Shown piece after piece: positions 1 through 11,858 of a stretch of DNA of 64,000 nt (position 1 is its first letter; each line of letters begins with the position of its first letter). The stretch lies in NCBI GenBank assembly GCA_024679065.1, contig JAGIQG010000004.1, positions 63,240,001 through 63,304,000 on the forward strand, given 5' to 3'. This DNA comes from Sphyrna mokarran (lineage: Eukaryota). The notes beneath the pieces were generated by a model. It was not told the origin of the DNA, searched no databases, and saw nothing but the letters and a program-made list of their open reading frames with translations. Position numbers and translations under genes: made by a program.

Positions 1-1870
1 ATCCCATCTGGCCCAGGGGACTCATCAACCTTTAAGTTTTTCAAAATTGCTAATATATCTTCCTTCAGAACATCTACTTCCTCCATCCTATCAGCCTGTA
101 CTACGCACTTATCCTCAAAAACATGGCCCTCTCCTTAGTAAACACTGAAGAAAAGTATTCATTTAACACCTCACCCATCTCTTCTGACTCCATGTACAAG
201 TATCAGCCATGATTGAATGGTAGAGCAGATACACAATTGAACAAAAGATGAATAATATAGGATTTGAGAATGTGGTGAATGAGGTTTGTTTTTGAAATTA
301 CCAGATAATACTTAAGCAATTTCTTCACATTAAGGCTGGGAAGGAAAATGTTAGACCATAAAACTATAAAATATAGGGGAAAAATTAAGCCACTTGGATC
401 ACCAAGTCTGTTCCGCCATTCAATTATGGCTGATACGTTTCTGAATCCCATTCTCCTGGCTTTTCCCTTAACGTTTGATCCCAATACCAATCAAGAATCA
501 AGTGCATATGTTTTAAATATACTCAATGACTTGGCCTCCACAATCTTCTATCGCAATGAATTCCATAGATTCACTATCCTCTGGCTGAAGAAATTCCTCC
601 TCATCTCTGTTCAAAAGTTCCTTTATTCTGAGACTGTGCCCTGCCTACTAGTAAGAACATCTTCCATTAGTTCACTCCATCCAGTCCTTCCAGAATTCTG
701 TAAGTTTCAATCCATCCCCTCATTCTCCTATACTACACTAAACACTGACCCGCGAAAATCCTCTGGACCATCTCCAGGGTCAGCAAATCCTTCCTCAGAC
801 GTCAAGCCCAAAATTGCTCATAATTCTTCAAATGTGGTCTGACCAGACTGCTATAAAGCTTTAGTAGTATATCTCTGCTTTTATATTCTAACCGTCTTGA
901 AATGAATGTAACATTGCATTTGCCTTCTTAATAACGACTCAACCTACAAGTTAACTTTAAGAGAATTCTGAACAAAAAGTCCCAAGTCCCTCTGCACTTC
1001 CAATTCCCGAATTCTCTTTCCATTTGGAAAATAGCCTACAAACCTATTCTTCCTACCAAAGTCAGTACTCTCAAAATTTCCTACTCTTTGCCCTCTGTCA
1101 ATCAGCCAATCTTCTATCCACGTTGGTACCTTTGTTCCAATACCACAAGCTCTTATCTAGTTCTGCAGCCTTTTGTGAGATACCTTGTCAAAGAACTTCT
1201 GGAAAGTCAAATAAATAATATCCAGTCTTCTGTCTAACCTGCTCATTACCCCCTCAAAGTATTCTATCAGATTTGTCAGGCATGGCCTCCTCTTGATGAA
1301 GCCATACTGACTTTGCCCTATTTTACCATGTAGCTCCAAATTTTCCGAAATTTCATCGTTAATAATGGACTCAAAAATCTTACCAATGACCTGTAATATT
1401 GTATGTTTTGCCTCTCTGTTGCTTAGATTGGGTGTTAAATTAGCTATTTTCCAGTCCTCGACTACAGCGACTCCTGAAAGCTTTTGACTAATGCCTTCAC
1501 TATCCCTCCATCTATCTCTTTTAGAACTGTGGGCTGAAGTCCATCTATTCCAGGCAATTTGTCCACCTTCAGGCGTTTCAGCTTCCCTAGCACTGTCTTC
1601 TTAGTAATGGTAACAGTTGTCACATTTGCCCCCGACTCCCTTGAATTTTTGGTACGTTATTGGTATCTTTCACCATGAAGATTGATGCAAAGTACCTATT
1701 CTGTTCCTCCACCATTTTTATGTTCCCCATTATTACTACTCCAGCATTAATTTCCAGCAGTCCAATGTCCTCTCTTACCTCTCTTTTACCCTTTATGTAT
1801 ATGGGGAAAAAATCTTTTGCAATTTTCTTTTACATTACTAGCCAACTTATCCTTTTATTATTCTTCTTTT
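1..1870 (-). mobile_element. Old degenerate CR1-clade LINE fragments
   Basis: Minus-strand RT remnants, e.g. ORF 1157-1339 QYGFIKRRPCLTNLIEYFE..FDKVSH. Confidence 0.75.
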
Positions 1871-2334
1871 CCCTTCCCCCTGCCCCCCGCCCCCCCCCAC
1901 CACCTTATTGTCTGGATTATTGTCACCCTTTTTCTTTCACCTCATTATTTTAGCTCTCCAAATCATGATTTTGATCCTCTGTTTGTCCTTTGATGGTTAG
2001 CGTCAAAGGCTGTCATTTCAAGATGGCAAAGTGTTACAGCATGCAGCATACCAAATACTGAGAGGCAAATGCAGGTCAGTCTAGGAAATAAAATCATTGC
2101 TTCAGCACATCAACGGTGGCTCTTTTACTTTTCTTACAGCAGAATGGCTTTCAATGTATGCATATTATGCAAGTGTGCATGCACTGTGAACCAGAATTAT
2201 AAGCAAGAGGTTAATAGATAGCTCTTACCACACAATGACCATGCTTTGGTTTCCTCTGTTAGCTGTAATGCATCCGTCATAGCAGACTGTCACAGAATGA
2301 AGGCATACTGGTTGTTGCCGTATACCTATGGTGT

Positions 2335-2932
2335 TAGAACATAGAACCTTACAGCACAGAACAGGCCCTTCGGCCTTCAATGTTGCGCCAACCAATTAAG
2401 AAAAAGCAATGACCCTCTAACCTAAACCATTCCCTTTTCGTCCATAAACTTATCTACTAACCTCTTAAACGCCACCAAACTTGGCGCATCTACAACTGCA
2501 GCAGGCAGGGCATTCCATACCCTTACCACCCTCTGGGTAAAGAACCTACCTCTGACATCCGTCCTATAACCACCACCCCTTAATTTAAAGCTATGTCCCC
2601 TCGTGCTAGCTTTCTCCATCCTAGGAAAAAGGCTATCACTGTCCACCCTATCTAAACCTCTAATCATCTTATATGTTTCAATAAGGTCTCCTCTTAGCCG
2701 CCTTCTTTCTAACGAAAACAACCTCAAATCCCTCAGCCTCTCTTCATAAGACCTGCCCTCCATACCAGGCAACATCCTGGTAAACCTCTTCTGTACCCTC
2801 TCCAATGCCTCCACATCTTTCTTATAATGCAGGGAGCAGAATTGTACACAATACTCCAAGTGCAGCCGCACTAGAGTTTTGTACAGTTGCAACATGACGT
2901 TGCGGCTCCGAAATTCAATCCCCCTACCAATA
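2335..2932 (-). mobile_element. Young CR1/HER1-type LINE, 5'-truncated
   Basis: ORF2 C-terminus LYKTLVR.HLEYCVQF..KFMDEKGMV; 3' GGCCGAAGGGCC hairpin and GTTCTAT tail. Confidence 0.95.
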
Positions 2933-4380
2933 GGAAGGAGTTACAAGCCCAGAGAAGAATGGGTGACCAGAGGTCTTCAGGATGCAATAAGATAGAAAAG
3001 AAAAGTTTTTAATAAATACAAAGGGAGCACATCAGCAGAGGCATTGGTGAAGTATACAAAGTGCAGTGTGGTGATTAAAAAAGCAATTAGGAAAGCAAAG
3101 ATGGCAAATGAGATATATCAGTTGGTAAATGTAGTGAGAATACCAAAGTATTCTATAAGTACGTAAATGGGAAAGGTATAACTGTGGAAAGAGGGGTCTA
3201 TCAGAGATTTATGGGCAATGTATGGGTGAAGCCAAGGGACATTGGTAAAATATTGAATAAATACTTCACGTCTGTCTTCACCCAAGAAAATGAGGACTGA
3301 GTATGGAATTCAAGGAGACAGACTCTGAGGTTATTGGATTAATTCATATAGGAAGGACAAGCAAGGCATTAGAGGTGTTGGCAGTCTTAAACATGGATTA
3401 ATATCCAGGTCAATATGAATTGTGCCTCAGACTGCTATTGGATGCAAGGGAGGAGATGGCAGGGCTTTTGACCCAAATTTTCAATTCCTTTCTGGCCACG
3501 AGGTGACTGGAGAACCGCTCTTTAAGAAGGGTAGAGCTAGACCAGTGAGTCTCCAATTAGTGGTAGGGAAACTATTGGAGAAACTTCTGAAGGGCCGTAT
3601 CTATCTCGACTTGGGGTGGCAATGTTTGATCAGGGATAATCAGCATGGCTTGATCAGAGAAAAGTCCTGCCTAACAAATTAGATTTAATATTTTGAGGAA
3701 GTGACCAGGTGTCTAGATAAGGTTAGTTTAATTGGTGTAGTTTCTATACATTTCAGCAGTCTTTGACAAGTTTCCACGTAGAAAGCATGTAAAAAAGGTG
3801 AGTTCACATGGGATACGGGGTAATTTGATAAAGTGGATTCAAAATTCTCTCAGTTGTAGGAGTCAAAATGTGATCACAGAAGATTGCTTTGGTGACTGGA
3901 AATCAGTGTCTAGTGAGTGTACTACAGGAATCTGTGCTAGATCCCCTTTTATTCATCATTTGTAGAAATAACATAGATGACTATGTCGGAATCGGGATGA
4001 GGGTGGGGGAAGAGGGTTGTGACAGGTAGGATTAGTAATTTTATGAATGACACAATGGCTGGGTGATTAATAGTATTTTGGGCTGCAAGAAGAAGGAATT
4101 GTCAAAAAGGTAGCATATGGAATTTAACCCTGAAATGTGTGAGAAGATACACTTTTGATTAGGTAATTTGACAATGAAGTTTTCAATGAATAGCTTGACA
4201 CTTAGAAGATGCTGAAGGCAGAAGAGCATATTAGTCAGGTGAAGAGAAAAAGCATATGAGGTATTTTTTTCACTTATTACGCATCCTGAATTCTTTGTTA
4301 ATTGAGGCATAGATTACAAAAGCAGGAAAATCGTGTTGGAGTTGTATAGAAATTTGGTGAGGCCATATTAGAGTACTGTG
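2933..4380 (+). mobile_element. Old degenerate CR1 LINE ORF2 fragment
   Basis: RPVSL..VVGKLLEK..QHG..SCLTN remnants, many stops. Confidence 0.75.
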
Positions 4381-4384
4381 TGAC

Positions 4385-6030
4385 CAGCAGCCATACCAAG
4401 CTGTGGTGCAATCAGAAAGAATGCTTTCGATGATATAACTGTAAAAGCTGGTGAGAATCGTAGCTGGCATGTCAAATTTCTTTAGAATTTTGAGAAAGTA
4501 GAGACATTGGTGGGATTTCTTAACTATAATGTTGGCATCAGGGACAAGGACAGGTTGTTGGAAATCTGGATATTTGAAAACCTGAAGCTCTCGACCCTTT
4601 CTACTTCATCCCCATTGATGTAGACAATTAGAACATAGAACATTACAGCGCAGAACAGGCCCTTCGGCCCTCGATGTTGCGCTGACCAATTGAGAAAAAA
4701 CAATGACCCTCTAACCTAAACCATTCCCTTTTCATCCATAAAGCTATCCACTGACCACTTAAACGCCCCCAAACTTGGCGCATCTATAACTGCTGCAGGC
4801 AGGGCATTCCATACCTTTACCACCCTCTGGGTAAAGAACCTACCTCTGACATCCGTCCTATAACTAACACCCCTTAATTTAAAGCTATGTCCCCTCGTGC
4901 TAGCTTTCTCCATCCGAGGAAAAAGGCTATCACTGTCCACCCTGTCTAATCCTCTGATCATCTTATATGCATCAATAAGGTCACCTCTTAGCCGCCTTCT
5001 TTCTAATGAAAACTACCTCAAATCCCTCAGCCTCTCCTCATAAGACCTTCCCTCCATACCAAGCAACAAGGGCATGTTCTGCTTTACGCTTCTTGAAGTT
5101 GATGACAATCTCCTTTTTTGACATTGAGGCAGAGATTATTGCTGCCGCAGCAGTGTACCAAATGTTCTATCTCATTCCTGTACTCTGTCTCATCAATGTT
5201 TGAGATCGACCCAGTATGGTGGTGTCATTAACAAACTCGAAAATTGAATTGGGGAATTTGACTACACATTCATAGATGTATAAGGAATATAGCAGGGTGT
5301 TGAGAACACAGCCTTGTGGAGCATCGATGTTGAGGATGTTGTGGAGGATGAGTTGTTGCCTATCGTTATTGATTGTGGTCAGTGAGTTAGGAAGTACAGG
5401 ATCCAGTCTCAGAAGGAGATGCGACGGCCCAGGCCACGGAGTTTGGAGATGTATATTGTGGGGATAGAAGTTGAAGGCTGAGCTGTAATCAATAAATAGG
5501 ACCTTACATTGGGATTTTTGTGACCTAGGTGTTCCAAAGTTGAGTGCAGGGCCAGAGAGATGGCATCTGCTGTGGATCTTTGTGGCGATAGGCAAACCAT
5601 ACTGGATCCAGTTGGTCTGGGAGGTTGGAATTGATTTGTGCCATGACTAGCCTTTTGAAGCACTTCATCATGATGGATGTCAAAGCTACCAGCCGATAGT
5701 CATTAAGGCATGCTACTTGGTTTTTCTTGGGTACTGGAATGATGGCCATCTTCTTGAAGTAGATGGGGACCTCAGATTGTTGTAAAGAGAGGTTTAAGAT
5801 ATCTGTGGATACCCCTACCGGCTGATCCACGCAGCACCTGAGTCCTCATCCAGGTATCCTATTCGGGCCAGTCGCTTTCTGTGGGTTGACCTTCGAAAAG
5901 ACTGATCTGATATCTGTCAGATCAGATATCAGATACAGTTTCATCCAGGACTCCTAGGGTGGAGGACATGGTCTTGCTGACCTCTTGCTCATAACGGGCA
6001 TAGAATGCATTGAGCTTATCAGTGTGTCCA
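4385..6030 (-). mobile_element. Rex1/Babar-like LINE fragment, interrupted by a CR1
   Basis: IIPVPKKNQVACLNDYRLVALTSIMMKCFKRLV, STADAISLALH, LFIDYSSAFN, APQGCVL motifs. Confidence 0.8.
4628..5065 (-). mobile_element. Young CR1 3' fragment nested in the Rex1-like element
   Basis: MIRGLDRVDSDSLFP..EKGMV; GTTCTAT tail. Confidence 0.95.
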
Positions 6031-6507
6031 AGGAGTTCCTTACTGAAATGTGTCAAGTGCTGATCGCTTTTGATGCAGTTTAGTAAGGAACTCCTTAGTG
6101 AAGCATAGCTACTACACGTATACACTCTTCCTCAGTAAGGTTCGGGTGGAGCCACCATGCATTGAATATTTTGGGAAAATATAATTTTCTGTTGAGAAAT
6201 TCTCCCCATGCCCCATTTCTGCTTTTAATGGCCTATTCTCATCCTTCCAGTCATGCTGATCTCTAACATGACAGCTGGGTGGATCTGGTTGTATAGAAGC
6301 TTGAAACCACCTTCATGCGAAATCAGAATGGTAACAAAGAATTTTAGCAAACACCAAAACAAAACATCTAGTAATTACTCATCAAACTATTGATGGTCTC
6401 TGCCAGCTCCTGGAAGGAACTTTTTCATATATATATGAAGCAGGTCAGACAAAATAAGGATGGACAGATTCCCTTCCCTTTGATGAACAGGGATGTTGAT
6501 GAACATC

Positions 6508-7213
6508 TGTTGATGAACAGAGGGATTTTGGTGTATATGTTAATAGATCCCTGAAAGTTGGCAATCAAGTCGATAAGATTGTTAAGAAGGCATATGGAGT
6601 CTTAGCTTTTATTGGTAGGGGGATTGAATTTCGGAGCCGCAACGTCATGTTGCAACTGTACAAAACTCTAGTGCGGCCGCACTTGGAGTATTGTGTGCAG
6701 TTCTGGTCCCCACATTATAAGAAAGATGTGGAGGCATTGGAGAGGGTACAGAGGAGGTTTACCAGGATGTTGCCTGGTATGGAGGGCAGGTCTTATGAGG
6801 AGAGGCTGATGGGTTTGAGGTTGTTTTCGTTAGAAAGAAGGCGGCTAAGAGGAGACCTTATTGAAACATATAAGATGATTAGAGGTTTAGATAGGGTGGA
6901 CAGTGATAGCCTTTTTCCTAGGATGGAGAAAGTTAGCACGAGGGGACATAGCTTTAAATTAAGGGGTGGTAGTTATAGGACGGATGTCAGAGGTAGGTTC
7001 TTTACCCAGAGGGTGGTAAGGGTATGGAATGCCCTGCCTGCTTCAGTTGTAGATGCGCCAAGTTTGGTGGCGTTTAAGAGGTTAGTAGATAAGTTTATGG
7101 ACGAAAAGGGAATGGTTTAGGTTAGAGGGTCATTGCTTTTTCCTAATTGGTCGGCGCAACATTGAAGGCCGAAGGGCCTGTCCTGCGCTGTAATGTTCTA
7201 TGTTCTATGTTCT
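6508..7213 (+). mobile_element. Young CR1 3' fragment
   Basis: ORF 6647-7120; (GTTCTAT)n tail; inserted within a minus-strand tRNA-SINE relic (~6440-7390). Confidence 0.95.
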
Positions 7214-7944
7214 AAAGGGAAACCAGATGGGTACTTATGACAGTGATTCATGATTATCATTAGAATTTTAATTCTTGGTGTTAATTTAATTCAAATTTCA
7301 CGATCTGTTGTGGTGGTGATGCGAACTCAAGTCCACCAGATCTCTGGATGGCTAGTCAAATGACAATACAACGATGTCATCCCTACCCCGTGTAGGGGTG
7401 CTGACTGGATCATTGAGTTCCAAAATATCAGGGTTGCTGCCAAAATTGCCTTGCCTGCTGACCAAAGTCCTGATCTCACTGACCGATACATTCCAGCAAA
7501 TGTCCACTGCAGTAAAATGGTTTTCAACTTGTTTGGCATTGCAAGTGTGCACGAGTATTTGCAGATGCCATCATACAACTTGAAAGGCAACTGAACAGTT
7601 CAAAAATAGGTAGGTATAAGAGCAAATCAGTGAGCATTCTGGAATCTGAAACAAAAACAGAAAATATTGGAAATCTCAGCAGATCTAGCAGCACCTGTGG
7701 AGGGAGAAGAGAGCCCAATATTTTGCATCAAGACATCTCCCACTACAGCTACAGATAATAGAAAATATGGTGATATTTATACCGTTAAAATGAGGAGAGG
7801 GGTAATTTATAATAATGTCATAGTCAAAAAGATAAAAGAATGCAGATGGTATAATAAATACTGAGAATGTTATTGATAATGGGCCATTAAGAGATAAGAA
7901 TATATAAATGGCAGAACAAAGTTAAGCAGGGTGTGTGAGAGAAT

Positions 7945-8084
7945 ATTGTAGTATAAGCAGTAAAATGTGAAATGACTCAATGTGATTATAACTAAAAGAA
8001 AAGAATGAAGTAAAATTGTAATATAAGCAGTAAAATGTGAAATGACTCAATGTGATTATAACTAAAAGAAAAGAATGAAGTAAA
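7945..8084. repeat. Tandem duplication, 2 x 70 bp
   Basis: ATTGTA(g/a)TATAAGCAGTAAAATGTGAAATGACTCAATGTGATTATAACTAAAAGAAAAGAATGAAGTAAA repeated with one mismatch. Confidence 0.95.
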
Positions 8085-8171
8085 TATGCTCTTTTTTATT
8101 ATTTCACTTAAGTCAGCTAAACTAAGCCACAATTATTGTAGAAACAGAATGATTTGGTCAAGGACAAAGAT

Positions 8172-8473
8172 TGTAACTGCAATGGTTTCATAGAGTAAGA
8201 GATGCATCAATTAGTGACCAATCACAGAAAAGGTAGATAAAGGACGGGCTCAACAACAATGGTGGCTAAGAAAGCCAACCTTGAGGATGAGATAAGGGTA
8301 TGCAGCTGTAGTGAGCATAAAAAGACTGTAAGCGCGTCATTCGTTGGAATGTTCCGGACTTCCCGGCTTTGTTCTTTTGTGCTGGAGAATAAAGTCTACT
8401 GCTTGGAGGATTACAACTCAGACTCTCTGTTTCAATCGGGTTAAATAAGTTGTCGTCTTGGGGAACCACGACA
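8172..8473 (+). mobile_element. Possible LTR relic
   Basis: TGTAAC...CGACA ends, CATAAAAAG and AATAAA (8388) inside, followed by PBS-like GGTGTCAAGTG. Confidence 0.3.
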
Positions 8474-10443
8474 GGTGTCAAGTGACAATTTGTCCAGTTT
8501 GTCATTTGACACTCTCCAGTTGAATGGGGGGAGCAGTGACCCGAGGAGGGGGAAAAGTTGGAAAGCAAGATTGTTAAAAAGGTGCAAGAAAGAAACATAG
8601 AAGAAATAAAAATGAAATAACGTAAACACCTATAAATCAATAAAATAAATTGAAATGAAAGAAAATGCCATGAATGGAAATGGGATGAAGGTGAAGGTTC
8701 ATGCTCTGATGTTGTTGAAATCAGTGTTCAGTCCGACAGACTGTAAAGTGCTCAATTGCAAGATGCGGAGCTATTCCTCCCGTTTATGTTGGGCTTTACT
8801 GAAGTTTTGCAGCAGGCTAAGAACGGGCAGCTGGACAAGAGAGCAGGATAGTATGCAAGCAACAGCAAGATCAGGATCCTGCTTGCAGACAGACCAAAGA
8901 TGTTCTGCAAAGCAGTCACTGAGTCTGTGTTTTGTCTGTCCAATAGATTGTAGACTGCATTGGAAGCAGCAAATCCACAGACCAGACTAAAGGAAGTGAA
9001 GTGCCTATGAATAATATATTGGGAGGAGGTAATAGAGCAGGTGTTGCACCTTTTGCGGTTATATGGGAAGATCAATGTGCAGAAGGTGAGTTGTTGGGTG
9101 TAGTAGAGTCATGTACTAAAGAGTCTGGGAGAGAATGATCGCTGTGGAGTGCTGATAGGGGAGTGAATCATGTTTGATGGCGGCATCATACCGAAGTTGA
9201 TGGAAATGGGCGAGGATGATCTTTTTTTGAATGCAGAGGCTGGTGGGGTGAAAATTGAAAACAACAGAGGCCATTTCCTTGTTCTGGAAGGGAAAGCAGC
9301 AGAAAGAACATTGGCGTGGGAGATGGGTCAGGCATAACTGAGAGCACTGTCAACAACTCTGGGTGGGAAATCACGATTAAGGAAGAAGAAACACATATCA
9401 GCAGCACCATTATGAAAAGTCACATTACCACAATAGATGCTACAAAGATGAAGGCACTGAAAGATTGGGATGGAATCCTTAGAGGACTTAGGGTGTAAGG
9501 AGCTGCATTTGAGATAACAGTTGGTGTCGGTGACTTGTGGATACTATTCGACAGTCTGCCATAGGAAATGGAGAGCTGAACTAGGGGAAAGAAACTGTCT
9601 GAGATGGGCAGTGTCAAGATGACGGAGGGGTGGAAATTGGAAGTGAAATTGATATTTTTTTCCAGGTCCAGATGGGAACACGAGTAGAATGAAATAGTCG
9701 TTAATTTACCAGTAAAAGCGTTATGGGAGAGAGCCAAAATAGAACTGGAAGAATGTTCCACATTCGTTCTAAAAAGACAGGCATAAATAGGATCCATACA
9801 CTCAGCTATCAAAACAATTTTTTAGCATGATCGCCACCATTTGTAGTTACATAGTCTTCTTATCTATGATATCTTTGTCAACTACCACTCCCACATCCCC
9901 CACCCCCAACCCTGACGGTAGAAATATAACCCTGTTTTCTAATGTTTTCATGTCTGACGAAGGATGATCCATACTCGAAACATTAGCGCTATTCTTTTTA
10001 AAATGGGTGTCACTAAGTCAATATCTGACTAAACTTGGGTCAGTGACGATACATCAAACGGATTGATTGAATGGTGACACGGTTGCTAGACCACATATCT
10101 TCTTCAGAGGGCAGAGCAATGTACAGGATCTCCCGCAACACAAAAGCACCTCTCAAAATCGCATGAAACACTATGGCCTAGCGTTGCCATTTTGCTTGAT
10201 TATACAGTCGGGCCTGCTTTCTTTGTATAAAATTAGTGATGGGAATTCATTGATATACTAGATTCAATGGCAACACTATTATATTGTCTTTTTTAGAACA
10301 TTGTGGTTCTCTACCAAACACTCCTTTCCTATCTTTATGTTTGATTCATAAATGCAGCATAATGAATATAACAAGGAGACTAGAGCCCCTTTGTCCTTCT
10401 TTACGTGTAGTCGAGATTAATTTTCTACAAGGCCTATTCGTCC

Positions 10444-10625
10444 CAAATGGTGATGTTGTGCTTGTGCCCAGGCTGTGTTCCCTTCCAGTGTCAGGGATCA
10501 GGTTCGATTCTAGCCTTTGGTGACTGTTGTAGTTTGCACATTCTCCCCGAGGCTGCGTGGGTTGCGTCCGAATGCTATGGTTTCACTCCACAATCCAAAG
10601 ATGTGCAAGTGGATTGGCCGTGCTA
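10444..10625 (+). mobile_element. HE1-like V-SINE fragment
   Basis: B-box GGTTCGATTC, V-domain AGTTTGCACATTCTCCCCG..CCACAATCCAAAGATGTGC. Confidence 0.8.
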
Positions 10626-10900
10626 TATGTGCGGGATGGTTCTATGTTTGGATGTACAAATCATTAAATTCTTCAGCCGGACAAATCGCCCTTCCCCCAA
10701 ACGGACAACAACAGAAGTACGTGAAAGGTCGGCATTACTGATCGTAGTTTGATAGTAGAATCATGACCATTGATGGGACAGTTTTTTGCAATGGGTTATT
10801 TTTATGAATTATTAAATTTAAAAGTGACATAGAACAACAGCATGAACAGCCATATATTGCGATCCATATGATTTATGTGGGGTTTGCAGCACTCTCCCAG

Positions 10901-11250
10901 CCTATTGAAACATATAAGATGATTAGAGTTTTAGATAGGGTGGACAGTGATAGCCTTTTTCCTAGGATGGAGAAAGCTGGCACGAGGGGACATAGCTTTA
11001 AATTAAGGGATGGTAGTTATAGGACGGATATCAGAGGTAGGTTCTTTACCCAGAGGGTGGTAAGGGTATGGAATGCCCTGCCTGCTGCAGTTGTAGATGC
11101 GCCAAGTTTGGTGGCGTTTAAGAGGTTAGTAGATAAGTTTATGGACGAAAAGGGAATGGTTTAGGTTAGAGGGTCATTGCTTTTTCCTAATTGGTCGGTG
11201 CAACATCGAAGGCCGAAGGGCCTGTTCTGCGCTGTAATGTTCTATGTTCT
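10901..11250 (+). mobile_element. Young CR1 3' fragment
   Basis: IETYKMIR..KFMDEKGMV; GTTCTAT tail. Confidence 0.95.
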
Positions 11251-11723
11251 GTTGCGGGAGACCTGGAGTTTATCACTGAATTGATCGGTTTACTGTCCTT
11301 GAAATTTTTCAGAACTGCTACATTATGGTATGACATATTAACCCGTGTCTTCTAAAACAGTGTAGGGTACTGAGGGGCCATTTATTACAGTTCTCGCAAT
11401 TCCTCTCTAATTAGTCGACAATGAACGCAAACTCCCCGCAAATTGGTAATGGATGGAATTATTTATTTAGTTTTTTTTTTTCCCGAAAGACTGCCAGCAG
11501 AAAACTCCTGGTAAACAGCTCAGCAGAGAGCCTTTCGGAAATTGTATACAAAGAGCCACATTTCATCACGGTTCCTCAAAGCAGGAGGTCTTGAGAGGAA
11601 ATTGGTCCAACTGAATGTAAACTGTGTTCTCTGCAGCTTTTTCTGGCAAATTTACAAAAGTTTTAAAAATTTCACAAAATTTATATACTCTCGGCTGAAA
11701 GACAGGATGTTGCGCCTTCATTA

Positions 11724-11729
11724 TGACGT
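11724..11729 (+). promoter_or_regulatory. CRE/ATF-like core TGACGT ~75 nt upstream of gene A ATG
   Basis: Similar position to the TTACGTCA upstream of gene B. Confidence 0.35.
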
Positions 11730-11803
11730 TTTGTATTATCCGCCTTCTTACAAACAAGCAGTCATTTCATGGACTGTCTCTCTACTTGATCGAATTGTTC
11801 AGA

Positions 11804-11858
11804 ATGTTGGCTAGTGTGACAATTCCGTGCATTACTGTTCTCGGAATCATTTTTACAG
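11804..11858 (+). CDS. Gene A exon 1, signal peptide [18 protein letters not shown](G)
   Basis: ATG at 11804, hydrophobic 18 codons + 1 nt, donor CAG|GTATCT; resembles gene B leader (CITVLGI vs CIWVLGI). Confidence 0.8.

Larger units (their letters stand above)
7630..10010 (-). mobile_element. Degenerate Penelope-like retroelement (RT + GIY-YIG) with inverted terminal repeat
   Basis: Frameshifted GIY-YIG-like region ~8650-9100 (RCNTC..HFT), RT remnant MDPIYACLF..VEHS at 9420-9812; 9830-9995 is an inverted copy of ~7700-7860 (ACGGTAgAAATATaACC..TTTTCT). Confidence 0.7.

Noticed and set aside
7190-7213. CRISPR-like or satellite array from recurring GTTCTAT/ATAGAAC repeats
   Set aside because: These are CR1 3' tails in a eukaryotic context, with no spacers.
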